A DNA stretch of 64,000 nucleotides from Desulfatiglandales bacterium (GCA_963667015.2 CAXXJJ010000004.1:3360001-3424000), one strand, 5' to 3'. Positions 1 through 14,042 are shown, counted from the stretch's first letter. The notes: a model not told the origin generated them from the sequence alone. Numbers and translations: made by a program.

Positions 1-3000
1 AACATTATACTCAGCCTTTGGCTTGGCTTTGGTTAATTTGTTTACCGTTGGCTGAGATTCAGGAGTGGTAGCTGAAACACGAAGATCAAAATTATTGTCA
101 TTATTTGCCGCTACCTTTGCGCTGCCTGCTTCAATTACTGTCCCCTCGCTTACCGTGGCGCTGGAGTTTGATGAGGCGACAGCAACCCCTACCGCAAGCT
201 GGAACTTGAATTTGTCAAGCAGGCTTGTATTGCTTTTATTTGACTGCTTTGTCGGATCAGTACCGTTAGTAGAGGGCTTTTTCGTCTGGGTTACAGCTAT
301 CAGTTTATTTGAAGTTACTGTCAAATGCTCGGTAAGCGTATTTGATACATCTGCGGTTAAACTGAATTCACTTCCGGCATGGATTACAGCATCACCGGTA
401 ATATCAGCGAAAGCCTCTGCATCCGAGGTAACCACTGTGACACCCACCGAAACAGGTGTTCCAAAAAGTGTCGGAGAGGTTTTAAGACTGCTTTCCGAAA
501 TGGCTGTTGATTTTATTGTGACATCTCCACCCGCGTTAATAACTACATCGCCTATATCAATTCGGGCTGAAGCGGTTGATTCAAATACCTGCACAGGGGG
601 TGCTGCTGTAATATCAAACTGTGCTCCAAGAGGTGTTCCCTTTAAAAACTGCCTGGCAAGGGTATTTAATTTTGTAGTAATGGTCGGCAGTATTGTGCTT
701 GAAGCAAGAGACAGAAGATTATTTTGTGTTGCGCTGCTTGTTTCAAGCTCTCCGGTTTCTTCTCCAAGATTATTAAGCGTTGTTATTGGGTTTTTATCCA
801 GCCTGGATGTCTCGACTTCCTGGATAGTAATATATTTGGCATTTTCCTCTTTTGTTATATTTGCATTTCCATATTGCGTTACTTTATCCGAAGCGCTGCT
901 GTTTTTTGTTTTTGTGTTCTCAAGAGGATCAACTGCTGTAACTACCAGAGTATTATTCTCAGCATCAACCTCCTGTATCCTGAACAGGTTATTGTTGCTT
1001 ATTGAACCGGAAACCAATATGGTTTGACCGGCTTCAAACCCGGCTGATTTAAAATCTTCATCAGAGGCGTCCTCCCATTTAATTTTTGCATGGGTCAATA
1101 CAGGGGGTTCGGTTACAACATTTGGATTGGACTTGGAATCTGCAGCCGGACCTGTTTCTGCAGCGGTGAAGGTCATGGTACCTGTTACACTTGCTATATC
1201 CAAGGCATCAAGACCCTCTGCCAGACCTTCCCTGTAGTATTCATATCCGACAGATCTTTTTGTTGTTGCAGATGTCTCAATATATACATTGCCTGTATCG
1301 GCTATTAACTGAACATTGTTATTTATAATAATTTCAGCATCAGAAACCTTGTCTGTGTAGAACTTCTGTAGGTCATTGACTATATTGGGGTCAAGGTATG
1401 CATTAACCTTGAATATAATATCACCGGTTGTGGACTGAAGCCTTACTCCATCCTCAACAGTGATGGATCTGGCCGATATAAACATTATATCTCCGGTTGC
1501 CTTGAGACTATACTCTGCGTCTGTAACGGTAATGGCGTCAACATCACTCAGTGTAAATCCGCCCGGCAGCACATCGGCTATTGTGTAGGACTTGAAATCA
1601 GGTAAAATATCATCGCCTTCTCCGCCATCAATTACATCCTGACCTATATCAGAACCCGGCGTATCAAGGAGATGGAATGTATCATTTCCGCCTCCGCCTG
1701 AAAGGACATTATCGTATTCATTGCCAATGATAACATCTGCATAGTCGGAACCGATAATATTTTCAACTTCCGACAGAGAGTCTCCCTGGGCATGGCCCCC
1801 GCTATAGGTCCCGGTATCCAGATTGATATTTACTCCAGCATCGGAACCTTCATAGGAGGCAGTATCACTTCCGGAACCGCCGTTAAGCACATCACCTCCG
1901 GCACCGCCTATCAGGATATCATCACCGGACCCGCCGTTTATTATGTCATTTCCATCAGAACCGTTCAGGATATTGTCATTGCCATCCCCTGTAATAATAT
2001 CTGCATAGGATGACCCGGTCACCCCCTCTATATTGTAAAGGGAGTCCCCTTCTGCTTCTCCGCCGGTATAAGTACTGGTTTCAAGGTTGATATTAACTGC
2101 AGATGAGCCTTCATATGATGCGGTATCCACATCCAGGTCATCCGCTTTATCACTGTTGTCAATGAAGTGGCCGTAAAGTTTGTCAGCTCCGGCCCCGCCA
2201 GCCAGTGTGTCGGCGCCCAGTCCGCCTACCAGTGTATCCGCTCCGGAACCACCCTTCAGGATATTATCTCCGCTGTCACCTGTAAGGGTATCATTTCCGG
2301 ACCCCCCTGTGAGGTTTTCTATACTGGCAAGGAGATCTGTACCGGCTCCTGTATCCTGTTCAGTAAGTATTGTAAGATCTACATTCAGATCTGCAGTTGA
2401 ACCTTCGTATGAAACAGTATCTGACCCAAAACCGCCGTCCAGATAATCGTTTCCGCTTATATCCTTAAGGATGTCATCTCCGGATTCACCCTCAAGGAAG
2501 TCGTTTCCGGCTCCTCCGTCGAGAATATCATCACCTGATCCGCCTCTAAGGTAGTTATTTCCGCTGTCACCTGTAAGGATATCATCATGGTCAGAACCCC
2601 TCAGAGATTCTATACTGTCGAAACTGTCGGTTGTACCAAAGCCGTCCGATGCTGTTCCGGTTAAAAGACTCGCATTTACACCGCCGGAGCTAGATACATA
2701 GGACGCAGTATCATATCCGTCACCACCCGTAAGAAGATCATTTCCTCCGCCGCCTATCAGGACATTATCTCCGCTGTCACCAGTAAGCGTATCATCAAAA
2801 TCTGAACCGGTCAGGTTTTCTATGCTGTCAAGGATATCACCGGCAGCTTCTCCGGCTGTACCCGTACCTGTGAAAAGGTCAACGGAAACAGCTCCTGAGG
2901 CATCTTCATAGGAGGCAGTATCCTGTCCGATCTCGTCTGATGAATCTCCACCCTCAATATATCCGTACAGCTTATCAGCTCCTGTCCCGCCGATGAGGAT

Positions 3001-6000
3001 ATCTGAATCAGCCCCGCCATAAATGGTATCATCTCCGGCGTCGCCATAGAGGATATCGGATCCGCTCATACCCTTTATAAGGTCATTTCCTCCGCCGCCT
3101 TTAATAACATTGCTGTTAAGATCACCAATAAGAATATCGGCATAGGGTGTTCCGGTAAGATCCTCCACATCGATAAGGGAGTCCCGGCTGACAGTGCCTG
3201 ATGCACCGGTTACAACCGCATCAATGCCGTTAAAAAGAAGAATTTTCCACTGATCACCATCTATAGCTGCTCCATCCAGTGTAATGGAAATTTCACCATC
3301 ATCTACAGCGGAAATATTCATGGAACCGTTAGCCGGTTTTACCAGGGTTATGGAAAAGGTCTCTTCTTTTATATTTTTAATTTTTAAAATATTACTGCCT
3401 TCAACTGTTGCAAGATAATCCGAACCGGCATTCAGATTAATATGATCTGCAAGACCGTTTGCAACATCCAGGAGAGAGAGACCTGAACCCGAAACATCGT
3501 AAAGGTGCTCGCTCCTTATCCCGCTCAGATCGGCATATACACCGCCTGTAGCGTTGCTGTAATCTTCATAGGAGACCATATCCCAGCCGATACCGCCGTC
3601 CAGAGTATCATCCCCTCCCATTCCAATGAGGGTATCATTGTTGTCCATTCCGGCAATAATATTTGCATTTTCATCTCCGATAAGAGTATCACTGCCCACG
3701 GAACCGGTAAGGTTCTCTATTCCTGTAAAGGAATCTCCTGCGGCATCTCCTGTTGAATTTCCCGGATTTGAAAGATCAACTGTTAAACCTTCTCCGTCAG
3801 CATCCACCTCAAAACTCTGGTAGGATGCGGTATCGGATCCTGTGTCCTCTTCCGTAAGGGAGGTGCTCAGATCACCATAAAGAAAGTCTCCATCCTTACC
3901 ACCGTCAAGGATATCGTTCCCGGCTCCGCCTTCAAGAATATCAACCCCTTCACCGCCATAGAGCAGGTCATCACCGCTTCCGCCGATAAGGTGGTCATTA
4001 CCAGCGCCTCCGATCAGGATTGCATCTTCGTTTCCGGCCGTCAGCGTATCGTCACCGGTACCACCGGTTATATTTTCAATTGAATTTACACCTGATGTAC
4101 CTTCGGGAATTGCCCCCGGATCCGAGAGATCGATTACAACACCAGTATCAAAGCCGGAATAATCCAGGGTATCCGATCCGCCGAAACCATCAATGAAAGG
4201 TGTACTAGCTGAACCAGGCTCAATGATAAAGGTATCATCTCCCTGGCTTCCTATAATTGTGGAGATATGTTCAATTTTTTCCAAAGATCCGGTGCTGTTG
4301 TATGCCGATACCGTGCCGTCGGAATGTATTACAAAGGTTACACTGCCTCCGGCAAGAGAGAAATCAAGCGTATTTACCGATCCGTCGTCAACTTCCGAGA
4401 TTGTGTCATTACCCCATTCATTTTCAAACCTATAGGTATCTGCTCCGGGTCCACCCGTAAGGGAATCATCCCCAAGACCGCCGTTTAAAAGGTCATCACC
4501 TTCGCCGCCGTTCAGGCTGTCATCACCTTCATTACCCCATAGAATATTGTTTCCGGCATCTCCTGTCAGTATATCATCGTGGGTTGAACCATATATATTT
4601 TCAATTCCTTCAAGTGTGTCACTCCCACCAAAGCCGTCGAGAGCAGATCCGCCAAGCTCCACATTGACCCCTGCTGTATCGCTCTGATAGGAAACCGTAT
4701 CGCCTTCGGAGCCTTGGCCTCCTCCCCTGATAATATCATCACCTTCACAGCCTTCCAGAAAATCGTCGCCATCGCCGCCGTCTATTGTATCATCACCTGC
4801 ATTTCCGGCGATCTGATTACCAAGGTCATTTCCTGTAAGGGTGTCATCATACTTGGAACCAACAAGGTTTTCTATTTCACTCAAAGAGTCCCCGGCTGCC
4901 TCATCCCCGATACCCAGAACACCATCTACCAGGCTTACGGTCACAGCATTTTTTGCTTCGGCATAGGTGGCAGTATCAATACCGGCACCACCTATAAGGG
5001 TATCACCCTGATCACCGCCATCAAGAATGTCATCTCCATCGCCGCCTTCTATGTGGTCAGCCCCCTCTTCCCCTATCAGGATATCATCACCATCAAGGCC
5101 GACTATTATATCCAGACCTTCGCCGCCAACAATGATATTGTCGTTATCATCTCCGATGAGCATATCATCACGGGTCGAACCAGCCAGATTTTCTATATTT
5201 ATGAGGGTGTCGCTGCCCTCCTCACCGTTTGCCTGTGGTGTAGCGAGTCTCAGATCAATAGTTACTCCCTGCAGAGCCGTTGCAAAAGAGGCAAAATCAC
5301 CACCGTCACCACCGTCAAGAATATCATCACCAGCGTTACCTCTGAGTACATCATCCCCGAGTCCGCCTTCCAGGAGATTATCATTTTCATCGCCGATCAG
5401 TTCGTCGTTGTAATCTGATCCTTTCAGGTTCTCAATTCCCTCAAGGGTATCTCCCTCTGCAATATCTGATGACCCGCTTTTAGTACTCAGATCTACTGTT
5501 ACGCCCGAGGTGGCGTCTTCATAGGAGGCGGTATCTATCCCTGTTTCATTATCCCCGTCTTTTATATAACCGAAAAGTACATCCGCGCCTTCGCCGCCGA
5601 TAAGGACATCATCACCATGACCGCCCATAATAATGTCATCACCGCTGCCGCCGTAGAGATCATCGTTGCCTGTTCCGCCGGTAAGCTCATCATCACCGGC
5701 AAGGCCATAGAGTTTTACACCGGCATTATCTGCTATAAGGGTATCATTCGCTGCTGACCCCTCAATGTTATGGATATTAATAAATGTGTCGCCAACGGCT
5801 TCACGGGTATTCCTGGATGAGTCATTCATATCTATTGTGATACCAGTCGTGTCACCATCAGCATTTTTATCTGCTGCATCCCTGTAGGAGGCTGTATTTT
5901 CACCCTCACCTCCATCAAAGGCATCGGCACCTTCTCCGCCTACCAGTATATCATCGTCTTCTCCGCCAAATAACTGGTCATCGCCCTCCCCGCCTCTGAG

Positions 6001-9000
6001 GAGATCATCCCCGCCACTACCATATATAATGTCATTCCCCAGACCGCCGGATATTATATTTTCATTCGAATCTCCGCTCAGGATATCCTCGAAATCGGAT
6101 CCAATCAGGTTTTCTATACTGGTATAGGTATCACCCTCGGCTTCACCGGAATTTGGGAGATTGCCGCTCAGATCGGCTGTTACCCCCTCAAGGGCATACT
6201 CATAGGATGCAGAGTCATCACCTTCTCCACCGTCAAGAAGATCTTCTCCGAGACCTCCAATAAGTATATTGTTTTCCTCATCGCCTCTTAATTCGTCATT
6301 GTGATCAGAGCCGATTATTCCTTCGACACCTGATATTTCGTCCCATCCGGTGGAATCGCCTGTTTCCTGCTCCCATTTTATAGAAAGGTCTACAAATACA
6401 GGGGTATCTGAAAGTGAATAGGAAACAAAGTCTGTTCCATCGCCGCCTGAGATTATATCATCACCCTGTCCGCCCTGGATAATATCATCGCCGGCCTGAC
6501 CCATAAGGATATTGTCATCCGTATTTCCTGTGATAACATCTCCGTAATCCGAGCCTATTACCCCTTCAACATTTTGAATAATATCAATTCCTGCAGACTC
6601 CGTGTCCTGGGGACTGCCTGAAATGCTTAAATCAATAACCACTCCGCTTTCTGCTTCGGCATAGGAAACAGTATCTGTATCATCATCCTCATCAGGAGAT
6701 CCCCCAGGTTCAAACCCGTCGATAAAGTCGTCTCCCGCCCCCCCGCTCAGGACATCGCTTCCATCTCCGCCATAAAGTATGTCGTTACCTGCTTCTCCTG
6801 CGAGGATATCATCTCCTTCTCCTCCGAAAACAGTGTCATCTCCCTCTCCTCCGGTCAGTATATTATCCTGATCGTTTCCGGTAAGGACATCATCTCCCTT
6901 TGAGCCTATGACATTTTCAAAATCAATAAGGGTATCTTTTCCTGCACCGATAGTATCCTGTTCTCCGGAGATTGAAAGATTAACCGTAACCGGTGCACCG
7001 GGATAGATATAGGATACTGTATCACTCCCTGCACCAGCGTTCAGGATGTCATCTCCAAGCCCGCCCTCAATGGTATCGTTTCCTGCACCACCAAATACTT
7101 TATCATCCCCGGCATCTCCGGAAAGAAGATCATCTCCGGCCATGCCATAAATTATATCATCTCCCTCACCACCGATGAGCATATTATCCTGTTCATCACC
7201 TGTGATGGTATCATCGTATTTTGAACCAACTGCACCTTCAATGCTTTTAAAGATATCAATACCGGCACCAACGGTATCCTGTTCTCCATCCGCCAGGCTC
7301 AGATCAATGGTTATACCGGTGCTGTCAACATCATTTTGGTAGGAGACATAGGAAACCATGTCAAAACCCTCTCCTCCCACCAGGGTATCGTTTCCTGCGC
7401 CGCCTTCAAGGATGTCATCTCCGCCATTACCTTCAATAAGATCATTGCCGCCGCCGCCTGACAGCAGGTTGTTTCCGTCGGAGCCTTTGATGGTATCATC
7501 TTTGCTTCCGCCTATTACGTTGTGGATATTGTATACACCCTTAGTTCCCTGTGCAGTTCCCGGATCCCCATCTTCAGGCGCTTCAAGATCAACAACAACA
7601 GAAGAGGTAAAGGCGGAATAATCAAGTGTATTAACATCAGGATCAGCATCCGGGTATTTGGTGTAGTTGACTGTTCCGCCGTCGATTTTACCGCTGAAGG
7701 ATTCCCCGTCACCGAATATGAATGTGTCGCTTCCCCCGCCGGTACGAATGACCTCCATCTCGGAAACATCATTTGTCTGATTGGCACCGTATGCTACATG
7801 AAGATCACCAAAACCTCTGATATTTACTGTCAGATCTGCGCTGGTTTCCGAAAAATCCAGTGTATCTGGAATATTCTCAGAAGACTTTTCCTCTGCATCA
7901 TTTATGATATCAAGAATATCAACCGTATCCACAGCCTTGGAAATCCATTCGCTCGCCTTTGTAAGGCCATATTCAACATAATCGACTATATCCACATTTC
8001 CGTCGATATAATCGATAAGGGCTTCAATATCGTCTATTACCGTATCAGATCCCCAGCTGTCTCTGAATTTATAGACATCCGAGCCCTGCGTACCGGAAAG
8101 AAGGTCATTTCCATACCCGCCATCCAGTATGTTATTTCCCAGATCGCCGATGATTATATCGTCATAATCGGAGCCTATTACATTTTCGATTTCCTTAAGT
8201 GTGTCTATATCTGATCCGCCGGTTATCTGGGGCAGAATATCCCAGAGGTTTACAAAAACACCGCTGTCGGAATTGGCATAGGAAATGGTATCGCTCCCGA
8301 TACCGCCTTCCATGATGTCAATTCCCCTTCCGCTTATCAGGATATCATTTCCGCTTTCACCCCTTATTATATTACCGGTATCTGTACCTATGAGATAATC
8401 ATCATAATTTGAACCTGTAAGTCCTTCCATGTTAATGAGGGTATCTTTACCCGCACCTTCACTGGTAAAGACCTTTTCACCGCCTGCGCTGTATCTAACA
8501 ATATCACCGTTGCTGAAACTGTGATCAGCTATTGTAAAAGTGTTTGTGCCGTAGTCCAGGATTCCTCCGTCAGAAGGAGTAAATAATGTCATTTCATCTT
8601 CTTTACTGAATCCGTGAACATTTTGCGGAAGAACAAGGGCAAGTATAATTACCGTGTCAGTCAGGTCTTTCAGCTTGATGGTATCATCATCAAACTTGAT
8701 AATTTTGTAGCTTTCACCATCTGTCAAACCGCCTATGCTGTCGTTTCCGCCTGAGTCATAGGTAATAACCTGACCGTCCGTAAACCCATGCCCTGTTATG
8801 AATATTTCACCCGTATCATAGTCTATGGCGTTTGGTGCCGATGGAGAAAAACAGACTGAACCATCACTGGCTTTAAATGTGTGTGTCCCCTTTGGCGGAG
8901 CCAGGACAATATCAATATCTATACCTGTCCTGCTTCTGAGTTTGAAGGTATCTCCTGAAACACTTATAACCTCATACTCTTGTCCGTCAACAAGGCCGCC

Positions 9001-12000
9001 AATACCGTCATGCCCCTCACGTTCTATAATCCACTGCCTCGTATCCTGGGCACCGTCTATACCCAGGTCAACCCTCACTCCGCTGACGGCATCAAAGTAG
9101 GAGGCTATATCTCTGTCTCCCACTATTGTTTCATCTATAAACCCGCCACCGTCCATAAGGTCGTCACCGGTTCCTCCAACCAGGGTGTCCGAACCAAGGC
9201 CGCCGTAAAGCTCGTCGTCTCCGGCGCCACCCCTTATGGTGTTATCAAACAGGTTTCCTCTCAATATATCATCGTAATCCGAACCGGTAACATTGTGGAT
9301 ACCTACAATGTAATCATGCCCGTCAGCTCCTTCACTGTGGGGTACAAAATCGGAAGTATCTTTGATTGCATCGGGTGAAAGGGCAAGGAGATTCAGAAGG
9401 GCATCCTCACCTGACTCGAGATCCAGGCCCAGGTTAACTTCTACAGATCCAGACGCATCCGCATATGAAACAACATTTTCGTCTCCGGCAAGCTTGTTGA
9501 GCAGGTAGCTCTGGATAGTACCGCCATTTGCGATATATGAAATGAGCTCCGGTGCCGAAACAAGAAACTGGTCAGCAATAGATACCGGGTCCTGGAGCAG
9601 GGCTATTATGGTCAGGATATCCTCAACATTCATCCCGCCAAACATGACATCATCGCCAAGTCCGCCGCTGAAAACATCTGCTCCCCCCCGGCCGTATATT
9701 ACGTCATCACCAGGCCCGCCTGAAAGCTTGTTTGAAACTGAGTTTCCAAAAATAAAGTCATCCCCCTCGCCGCCTATGACGTTGGATACGTTATTAAATG
9801 CCGTTACAATTGGAACGTCTTCATCAGTATCCCAGGCCTGCTGGAACAGAATGGTTTCGAGGTAGGGGATTTTAATGCCAAGGTCTACGAAAACCGGAGT
9901 AGTATAGGCAGACAGATCCATTGTGTTTGAACCGTAATCAATTATGCTGTTACCCAGAAGTTTTTCCAGCCAGTCAGGCTTTCCAATAACTCCGTCAAAA
10001 TGGGCACCATCTTCAAAGACGAACCTGTCATTTCCTCTGCCGTCTATAATTACTTCGATATCATCCGTAGCAAGAAGTTTGTTTGTCCCGTCAGTTACAC
10101 TTACAGTACCGTCGGCATGGAATGTAAAGGTAAGATCCGCAGTAGTAAGGCTGAAGTCGATTACATCAATACCTTCACTGTCTTCGATGGTATCAACTCC
10201 CCAGCCGTCTGCAAACATATAGGTGTCGGGTCCGCCTTCGCCCTTAAGCAGGTCATCACCTGCATTTCCAATGATAATGTTATAGCCGCCGTTTCCGATC
10301 AACACATCATTACCGGGTGTGCCTTCTATATTTTCAAGACCAATCCAGGTAAGGGCGCTCGCAATAACACCTTTATCGTCTGTGAAGGAAACGGTTTCAT
10401 CTTCCGCATCGGAAAAATTAATATGAAGCTGGTCTTTTTTCCCTACAACACGATTTATGTTCAATATGCCGGTTGTTCCTGTTGCAGTCCCATTCTCAAA
10501 ATCTAAAGACACGTCACCGGTGTATCCGGAATAATCCAGTGAGTTGGTATTGCCTTCCCCGCCGTCGATTACACCTGAAAAAGATGCACCATCTTCGAAG
10601 ATAAAGCTGTTGTCACCGCTGCCGCCTTTGAGATTATGTACATTTGTAACCTTATCAACGGTTATAACGCTTGTAAGAAGGGAGAGCAGATCCTCCGGAA
10701 TAACACCGAGGGAAGACCATGTATCAGGAGAACTGGTTATGGAAACAGAACCATCAGATTTAATTGTAAACTCAAGGCTGTCCGAAACCTGTGTAAAACT
10801 AAGGGTATTGCTGCCTCCACCGCAGTTAATGAGTCCAGACCATTTTGCATTACTCTCTATTTTAAAGGTATCAGGTGAAGTGCCTGAACCCTCAAGGTCT
10901 TCAATGCCGCTGAAAATAAACCCTTTTACATTGCCTTCATTATCGCCGTTTATTTTCCACTCGGCCCCACCACCAGGACCCTTTAAGGTGTCATGTCCGC
11001 TTCCGCCAATAATTTTTTCAATATTTCCTGCGGATGTTAATGTATTGGTTCCGTCAGTAACGCTAATGGATCCGTCATTATTAAGGGTAAAGGTCAAGTC
11101 GGCAGTAACTTCAGAAAAATCCAGGGTGTCTGTACCCTCTTCCGATGCCTCGATGACTACATCGGTTCCCCAGCCGTCTTCTAACCTGTATATATCATCT
11201 CCGACTCCGCCGGTTATGGTATCATTCACGCCGTTATTCTGCTGCAGGGTATCATCACCATCCGTACCGATTATATCTTCCAGAAGGTAGTTGTAATCCG
11301 AGAATTCGGATGCCTGGAAAAGCGGAGTTGATTCAATTACACCGCTGGTGTATTCAAGTATCCAGTCACCACCCTGAGACTTATCACCGCTTGCATCTGT
11401 TGATGCGGCAACATCAGCTCCTGTAAACCTGCTCAGTTCCGTAATAAAACCGATTCCCAGTTCACCCCGGGCAACATTACAGCCATAGAGAAGGATATCT
11501 CCGCCTTCAACCATACTGTTCTGCCATGCCCTGAGACTCTGGGAGTATTCTTCCAGCTTGTTCCTGTCTACAATACTGTTTCCGAGGCGCAGCACTCCAG
11601 CAGCTCCATGGGAAACAACATGTATTGAACTCACATCGTCATACTGCGCCAGGACTTCGGTAATCTGTTCAATACCGTCCCTGTCCGAATCAAGTATTAT
11701 AATTTCATATGATGAATCTTCCGAAACATCAGATGAGCCTCTTTTACTTTCTGACGTTGAGAGTTCAGAGGTTATTTCATCGGATGCCTGCAGACCCTCA
11801 ACCTGATCCGATTCTTCACTGCCGTTAAACTGAATTTCGCCTGTATTTGTGGTTTGTTCATCAGCCCTGTCTGAAACATCTTCAAAAATATTTTCAATAA
11901 GCAGTTCATACTCAGGTACGGACTGATCTATGATAACAATATGATGCCCGCTTTCTTCGGACAAAAGATAGGATAACTGAAAGGATATATTTTCTTTTAC

Positions 12001-12438
12001 AAGTGTGTTTTCATTATTATCAGTATCAATGGCGGAAGATTCCGAATTTTCAGTTTCAGGCGCATCTGCCTTTATGTCAACATCCTGTATTGCTGCATTA
12101 TCTTTTTCCTGTGAGCTTTCTTCTCCATTATTTCCCGTACTTTCACTGCTGGTATCAACAGTTATTGTTTCAGCAGACGTCTGCTCTGAGTCTGCCTGTT
12201 GTGATGGTCCATCTGTAGTTTCTATTTCTAATGTGTCTATTTTAAAAACAGAAACAGAATCAGGAAGCAGGTTTTCCTGGTTTTGAAGATCCTGGGAAGC
12301 GGTGATGGGATCAGCAGAGAGTAACAAGCGCTTTTCAAGTGTTTCAAAAAGCATCCTGCGCCGTTCCGGCTCTCTTTTAGCAGAAGTTCTTTTTGCCAGG
12401 AACTTCAATCTGTGCGCTATTTTTTTCAGGTGTGACAT
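1..12438 (-). CDS. Giant RTX/hemolysin-type Ca-binding repeat surface protein with LEPR-XLL and DUF4347 domains (partial, >=4146 aa, continues past left edge)
   Basis: Not in the ORF track. ATG at 12438 with GAGGT RBS; N-terminus [11 protein letters not shown]...[14 protein letters not shown] (LEPR-XLL motif); DUF4347-like SHG...[11 protein letters not shown]...GADVAAS.D..GD...GGDW.LE at ~11340-11640; dozens of GGxGxD/IENLxGSxxDD repeats. The same frame is open at every place spot-checked (11341, 8400-9060, 1-60); not verified codon by codon. Confidence 0.9.
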   Translation of the reverse strand, partial: MSHLKKIAHRLKFLAKRTSAKREPERRRMLFETLEKRLLLSADPITASQDLQNQENLLPDSVSVFKIDTLEIETTDGPSQQADSEQTSAETITVDTSSESTGNNGEESSQEKDNAAIQDVDIKADAPETENSESSAIDTDNNENTLVKENISFQLSYLLSEESGHHIVIIDQSVPEYELLIENIFEDVSDRADEQTTNTGEIQFNGSEESDQVEGLQASDEITSELSTSESKRGSSDVSEDSSYEIIILDSDRDGIEQITEVLAQYDDVSSIHVVSHGAAGVLRLGNSIVDRNKLEEYSQSLRAWQNSMVEGGDILLYGCNVARGELGIGFITELSRFTGADVAASTDASGDKSQGGDWILEYTSGVIESTPLFQASEFSDYNYLLEDIIGTDGDDTLQQNNGVNDTITGGVGDDIYRLEDGWGTDVVIEASEEGTDTLDFSEVTADLTFTLNNDGSISVTDGTNTLTSAGNIEKIIGGSGHDTLKGPGGGAEWKINGDNEGNVKGFIFSGIEDLEGSGTSPDTFKIESNAKWSGLINCGGGSNTLSFTQVSDSLEFTIKSDGSVSITSSPDTWSSLGVIPEDLLSLLTSVITVDKVTNVHNLKGGSGDNSFIFEDGASFSGVIDGGEGNTNSLDYSGYTGDVSLDFENGTATGTTGILNINRVVGKKDQLHINFSDAEDETVSFTDDKGVIASALTWIGLENIEGTPGNDVLIGNGGYNIIIGNAGDDLLKGEGGPDTYMFADGWGVDTIEDSEGIDVIDFSLTTADLTFTFHADGTVSVTDGTNKLLATDDIEVIIDGRGNDRFVFEDGAHFDGVIGKPDWLEKLLGNSIIDYGSNTMDLSAYTTPVFVDLGIKIPYLETILFQQAWDTDEDVPIVTAFNNVSNVIGGEGDDFIFGNSVSNKLSGGPGDDVIYGRGGADVFSGGLGDDVMFGGMNVEDILTIIALLQDPVSIADQFLVSAPELISYIANGGTIQSYLLNKLAGDENVVSYADASGSVEVNLGLDLESGEDALLNLLALSPDAIKDTSDFVPHSEGADGHDYIVGIHNVTGSDYDDILRGNLFDNTIRGGAGDDELYGGLGSDTLVGGTGDDLMDGGGFIDETIVGDRDIASYFDAVSGVRVDLGIDGAQDTRQWIIEREGHDGIGGLVDGQEYEVISVSGDTFKLRSRTGIDIDIVLAPPKGTHTFKASDGSVCFSPSAPNAIDYDTGEIFITGHGFTDGQVITYDSGGNDSIGGLTDGESYKIIKFDDDTIKLKDLTDTVIILALVLPQNVHGFSKEDEMTLFTPSDGGILDYGTNTFTIADHSFSNGDIVRYSAGGEKVFTSEGAGKDTLINMEGLTGSNYDDYLIGTDTGNIIRGESGNDILISGRGIDIMEGGIGSDTISYANSDSGVFVNLWDILPQITGGSDIDTLKEIENVIGSDYDDIIIGDLGNNILDGGYGNDLLSGTQGSDVYKFRDSWGSDTVIDDIEALIDYIDGNVDIVDYVEYGLTKASEWISKAVDTVDILDIINDAEEKSSENIPDTLDFSETSADLTVNIRGFGDLHVAYGANQTNDVSEMEVIRTGGGSDTFIFGDGESFSGKIDGGTVNYTKYPDADPDVNTLDYSAFTSSVVVDLEAPEDGDPGTAQGTKGVYNIHNVIGGSKDDTIKGSDGNNLLSGGGGNDLIEGNGGDDILEGGAGNDTLVGGEGFDMVSYVSYQNDVDSTGITIDLSLADGEQDTVGAGIDIFKSIEGAVGSKYDDTITGDEQDNMLIGGEGDDIIYGMAGDDLLSGDAGDDKVFGGAGNDTIEGGLGDDILNAGAGSDTVSYIYPGAPVTVNLSISGEQDTIGAGKDTLIDFENVIGSKGDDVLTGNDQDNILTGGEGDDTVFGGEGDDILAGEAGNDILYGGDGSDVLSGGAGDDFIDGFEPGGSPDEDDDTDTVSYAEAESGVVIDLSISGSPQDTESAGIDIIQNVEGVIGSDYGDVITGNTDDNILMGQAGDDIIQGGQGDDIISGGDGTDFVSYSLSDTPVFVDLSIKWEQETGDSTGWDEISGVEGIIGSDHNDELRGDEENNILIGGLGEDLLDGGEGDDSASYEYALEGVTADLSGNLPNSGEAEGDTYTSIENLIGSDFEDILSGDSNENIISGGLGNDIIYGSGGDDLLRGGEGDDQLFGGEDDDILVGGEGADAFDGGEGENTASYRDAADKNADGDTTGITIDMNDSSRNTREAVGDTFINIHNIEGSAANDTLIADNAGVKLYGLAGDDELTGGTGNDDLYGGSGDDIIMGGHGDDVLIGGEGADVLFGYIKDGDNETGIDTASYEDATSGVTVDLSTKSGSSDIAEGDTLEGIENLKGSDYNDELIGDENDNLLEGGLGDDVLRGNAGDDILDGGDGGDFASFATALQGVTIDLRLATPQANGEEGSDTLINIENLAGSTRDDMLIGDDNDNIIVGGEGLDIIVGLDGDDILIGEEGADHIEGGDGDDILDGGDQGDTLIGGAGIDTATYAEAKNAVTVSLVDGVLGIGDEAAGDSLSEIENLVGSKYDDTLTGNDLGNQIAGNAGDDTIDGGDGDDFLEGCEGDDIIRGGGQGSEGDTVSYQSDTAGVNVELGGSALDGFGGSDTLEGIENIYGSTHDDILTGDAGNNILWGNEGDDSLNGGEGDDLLNGGLGDDSLTGGPGADTYRFENEWGNDTISEVDDGSVNTLDFSLAGGSVTFVIHSDGTVSAYNSTGSLEKIEHISTIIGSQGDDTFIIEPGSASTPFIDGFGGSDTLDYSGFDTGVVIDLSDPGAIPEGTSGVNSIENITGGTGDDTLTAGNEDAILIGGAGNDHLIGGSGDDLLYGGEGVDILEGGAGNDILDGGKDGDFLYGDLSTSLTEEDTGSDTASYQSFEVDADGEGLTVDLSNPGNSTGDAAGDSFTGIENLTGSVGSDTLIGDENANIIAGMDNNDTLIGMGGDDTLDGGIGWDMVSYEDYSNATGGVYADLSGIRSEHLYDVSGSGLSLLDVANGLADHINLNAGSDYLATVEGSNILKIKNIKEETFSITLVKPANGSMNISAVDDGEISITLDGAAIDGDQWKILLFNGIDAVVTGASGTVSRDSLIDVEDLTGTPYADILIGDLNSNVIKGGGGNDLIKGMSGSDILYGDAGDDTIYGGADSDILIGGTGADKLYGYIEGGDSSDEIGQDTASYEDASGAVSVDLFTGTGTAGEAAGDILDSIENLTGSDFDDTLTGDSGDNVLIGGGGNDLLTGGDGYDTASYVSSSGGVNASLLTGTASDGFGTTDSFDSIESLRGSDHDDILTGDSGNNYLRGGSGDDILDGGAGNDFLEGESGDDILKDISGNDYLDGGFGSDTVSYEGSTADLNVDLTILTEQDTGAGTDLLASIENLTGGSGNDTLTGDSGDNILKGGSGADTLVGGLGADTLAGGAGADKLYGHFIDNSDKADDLDVDTASYEGSSAVNINLETSTYTGGEAEGDSLYNIEGVTGSSYADIITGDGNDNILNGSDGNDIINGGSGDDILIGGAGGDVLNGGSGSDTASYEGSDAGVNINLDTGTYSGGHAQGDSLSEVENIIGSDYADVIIGNEYDNVLSGGGGNDTFHLLDTPGSDIGQDVIDGGEGDDILPDFKSYTIADVLPGGFTLSDVDAITVTDAEYSLKATGDIMFISARSITVEDGVRLQSTTGDIIFKVNAYLDPNIVNDLQKFYTDKVSDAEIIINNNVQLIADTGNVYIETSATTKRSVGYEYYREGLAEGLDALDIASVTGTMTFTAAETGPAADSKSNPNVVTEPPVLTHAKIKWEDASDEDFKSAGFEAGQTILVSGSISNNNLFRIQEVDAENNTLVVTAVDPLENTKTKNSSASDKVTQYGNANITKEENAKYITIQEVETSRLDKNPITTLNNLGEETGELETSSATQNNLLSLASSTILPTITTKLNTLARQFLKGTPLGAQFDITAAPPVQVFESTASARIDIGDVVINAGGDVTIKSTAISESSLKTSPTLFGTPVSVGVTVVTSDAEAFADITGDAVIHAGSEFSLTADVSNTLTEHLTVTSNKLIAVTQTKKPSTNGTDPTKQSNKSNTSLLDKFKFQLAVGVAVASSNSSATVSEGTVIEAGSAKVAANNDNNFDLRVSATTPESQPTVNKLTKAKPKAEYNV

Positions 12439-12500
12439 TTCAAGGATTACCTCTTTAACAGTCTTTTATTAAATATAATCCGTTATTTTTTGAGAAGTTG

Positions 12501-14042
12501 CTACTCCAGCCAGTTATTGACTACACTGATATCTTCCGGCTTCAACAGCCCGACAGCTTTTTTAAGCCTGAGACTGTAAATAATATATTCATACTGTGAT
12601 TTTGCATATTCCTGCTTGGTCTGATACAGATCCCGTTCAGCATCAGTTACTGCCAGACTCGGAAATAAGCCTGATTTAAAACCTTCTTTTTTCGCATCAA
12701 GTGCAATCTGGTTGGAAATCATCGCCTGTTTTAAGGCCTTGATATTTTCGATTGAGCTTTTTATACCAAGGAAAGCTGCCTTGGATTCTCTGATTACAGT
12801 TCGGTTTTCCTTTTCAAGCTCCTCCCGGGCAACCTTAGCAAGCAGCCTGGCTTCACGTACTTTTGACGACGTGGACATTCCGTTAAACAGAGGGATTTTC
12901 AACTCCACTAATCCTTCCCATTTCTCAATATCACTTCCCCCGCCATAAAGAGAACCTCCCTGGTCATCCTGGTTCCACCTTCCTACGAGTGAAAGCGTCG
13001 GCAAGTGCTCCGAACGCAGTCTGTCGACTTCTTTTCTTGCAACATCAAGATCTTTTTCTTTAACAAGAATATTTATATTCTGAGTTTTTGCTGCAGATAC
13101 CCATTCGTCAATATTATCAGGAAGAGGGGTAATTAGAGGTATTACGTCTCCGGCATATTTATCGGTTTTTCGGGGAATAAGGCTGTTGAAGCGATTTCCC
13201 TGAGGTGGGCCTGCAATCTGACCCTGTTCCGATCCAGACAGATAGACAGTATCAGCACCTCCATCTGTCAGGTTATAATAGGCATCTGTTTTAATCTCGG
13301 GAGATTTTATACCCTTTAAAAAATCAATCCTCCCGCCTGTCAATTCAACCAGGCCCTCAAGAGCATCCTCAAGGCTGTGTTCGGCTTTTACCCGTTTTGT
13401 AGTTATGCCCGCCAGCCTGGCCTTTGCGTCATGATAATCTGTAATAGGAGCCAGGCCATTATCATACCGCTCCTTTGCAAGTGTAAAATGCTGGCTGACC
13501 GCATCTTCTTCAGATTTACTGAATTTTAAAATATCCCTGGACTCAAGAACCTTTAAGTATGCTTCTGTAACCCTCAAGATCAAATCCTGTCCGGCGGAAT
13601 CAAACTCAAGGTCAGCACGCTTTACTTCCTCTTTTGCCTGTTCAAGACCAACCACTGAGGAGAATTTAAATAAAGGCTGACGCAGCACGAGATCAAAACC
13701 CTTGCTCGGATAACGTGCGATACTGTCCCCGTATATTTCAACTTCATTATCAACGATTTCATGTTTGGAATACTGATAGTATGCCTCCAGATCAACATTC
13801 GGCAGAAATTCGGAAAATGCCTGTTTATATATTTCGGGGGATGCCTCATGTGTGTATATTGCTTTTTTAAAAGTTGCATCATTTTCAAGGGCAAGTTGAT
13901 ATGTCTCAAGCAGGTCAACTGCATATAATGGCTGTGCTAACAGGAAAAGCAAAAGGCAGGTGGAAAAGATAAAAAGACATTCTCCTTTCAGGCGGTTTTC
14001 AGCATAAATTAGAAAATTTGGTATAGGTATACTGGAATACAT
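12501..14042 (-). CDS. tolC: TolC-family type I secretion outer membrane protein
   Basis: Signal peptide ending AQPLYA-VDLLETYQLALENDA; two OEP-type helical halves; directly upstream of the RTX giant. ATG 14042 has an AGGGGG RBS (the ORF track starts at 14072). Confidence 0.88.
   Translation of the reverse strand: MYSSIPIPNFLIYAENRLKGECLFIFSTCLLLFLLAQPLYAVDLLETYQLALENDATFKKAIYTHEASPEIYKQAFSEFLPNVDLEAYYQYSKHEIVDNEVEIYGDSIARYPSKGFDLVLRQPLFKFSSVVGLEQAKEEVKRADLEFDSAGQDLILRVTEAYLKVLESRDILKFSKSEEDAVSQHFTLAKERYDNGLAPITDYHDAKARLAGITTKRVKAEHSLEDALEGLVELTGGRIDFLKGIKSPEIKTDAYYNLTDGGADTVYLSGSEQGQIAGPPQGNRFNSLIPRKTDKYAGDVIPLITPLPDNIDEWVSAAKTQNINILVKEKDLDVARKEVDRLRSEHLPTLSLVGRWNQDDQGGSLYGGGSDIEKWEGLVELKIPLFNGMSTSSKVREARLLAKVAREELEKENRTVIRESKAAFLGIKSSIENIKALKQAMISNQIALDAKKEGFKSGLFPSLAVTDAERDLYQTKQEYAKSQYEYIIYSLRLKKAVGLLKPEDISVVNNWLE

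Noticed and set aside
1600..11300. Repeated atcatc/ccgcc units as a possible CRISPR or DNA repeat array
   Set aside because: Degenerate codon-level repeats of RTX motifs; no constant repeat with unique spacers.
65..12286. Many plus-strand and short off-frame ORFs in the track
   Set aside because: Antisense shadows of the giant minus-strand RTX gene (Ser/Pro/Ile-rich complements of Asp/Gly codons).
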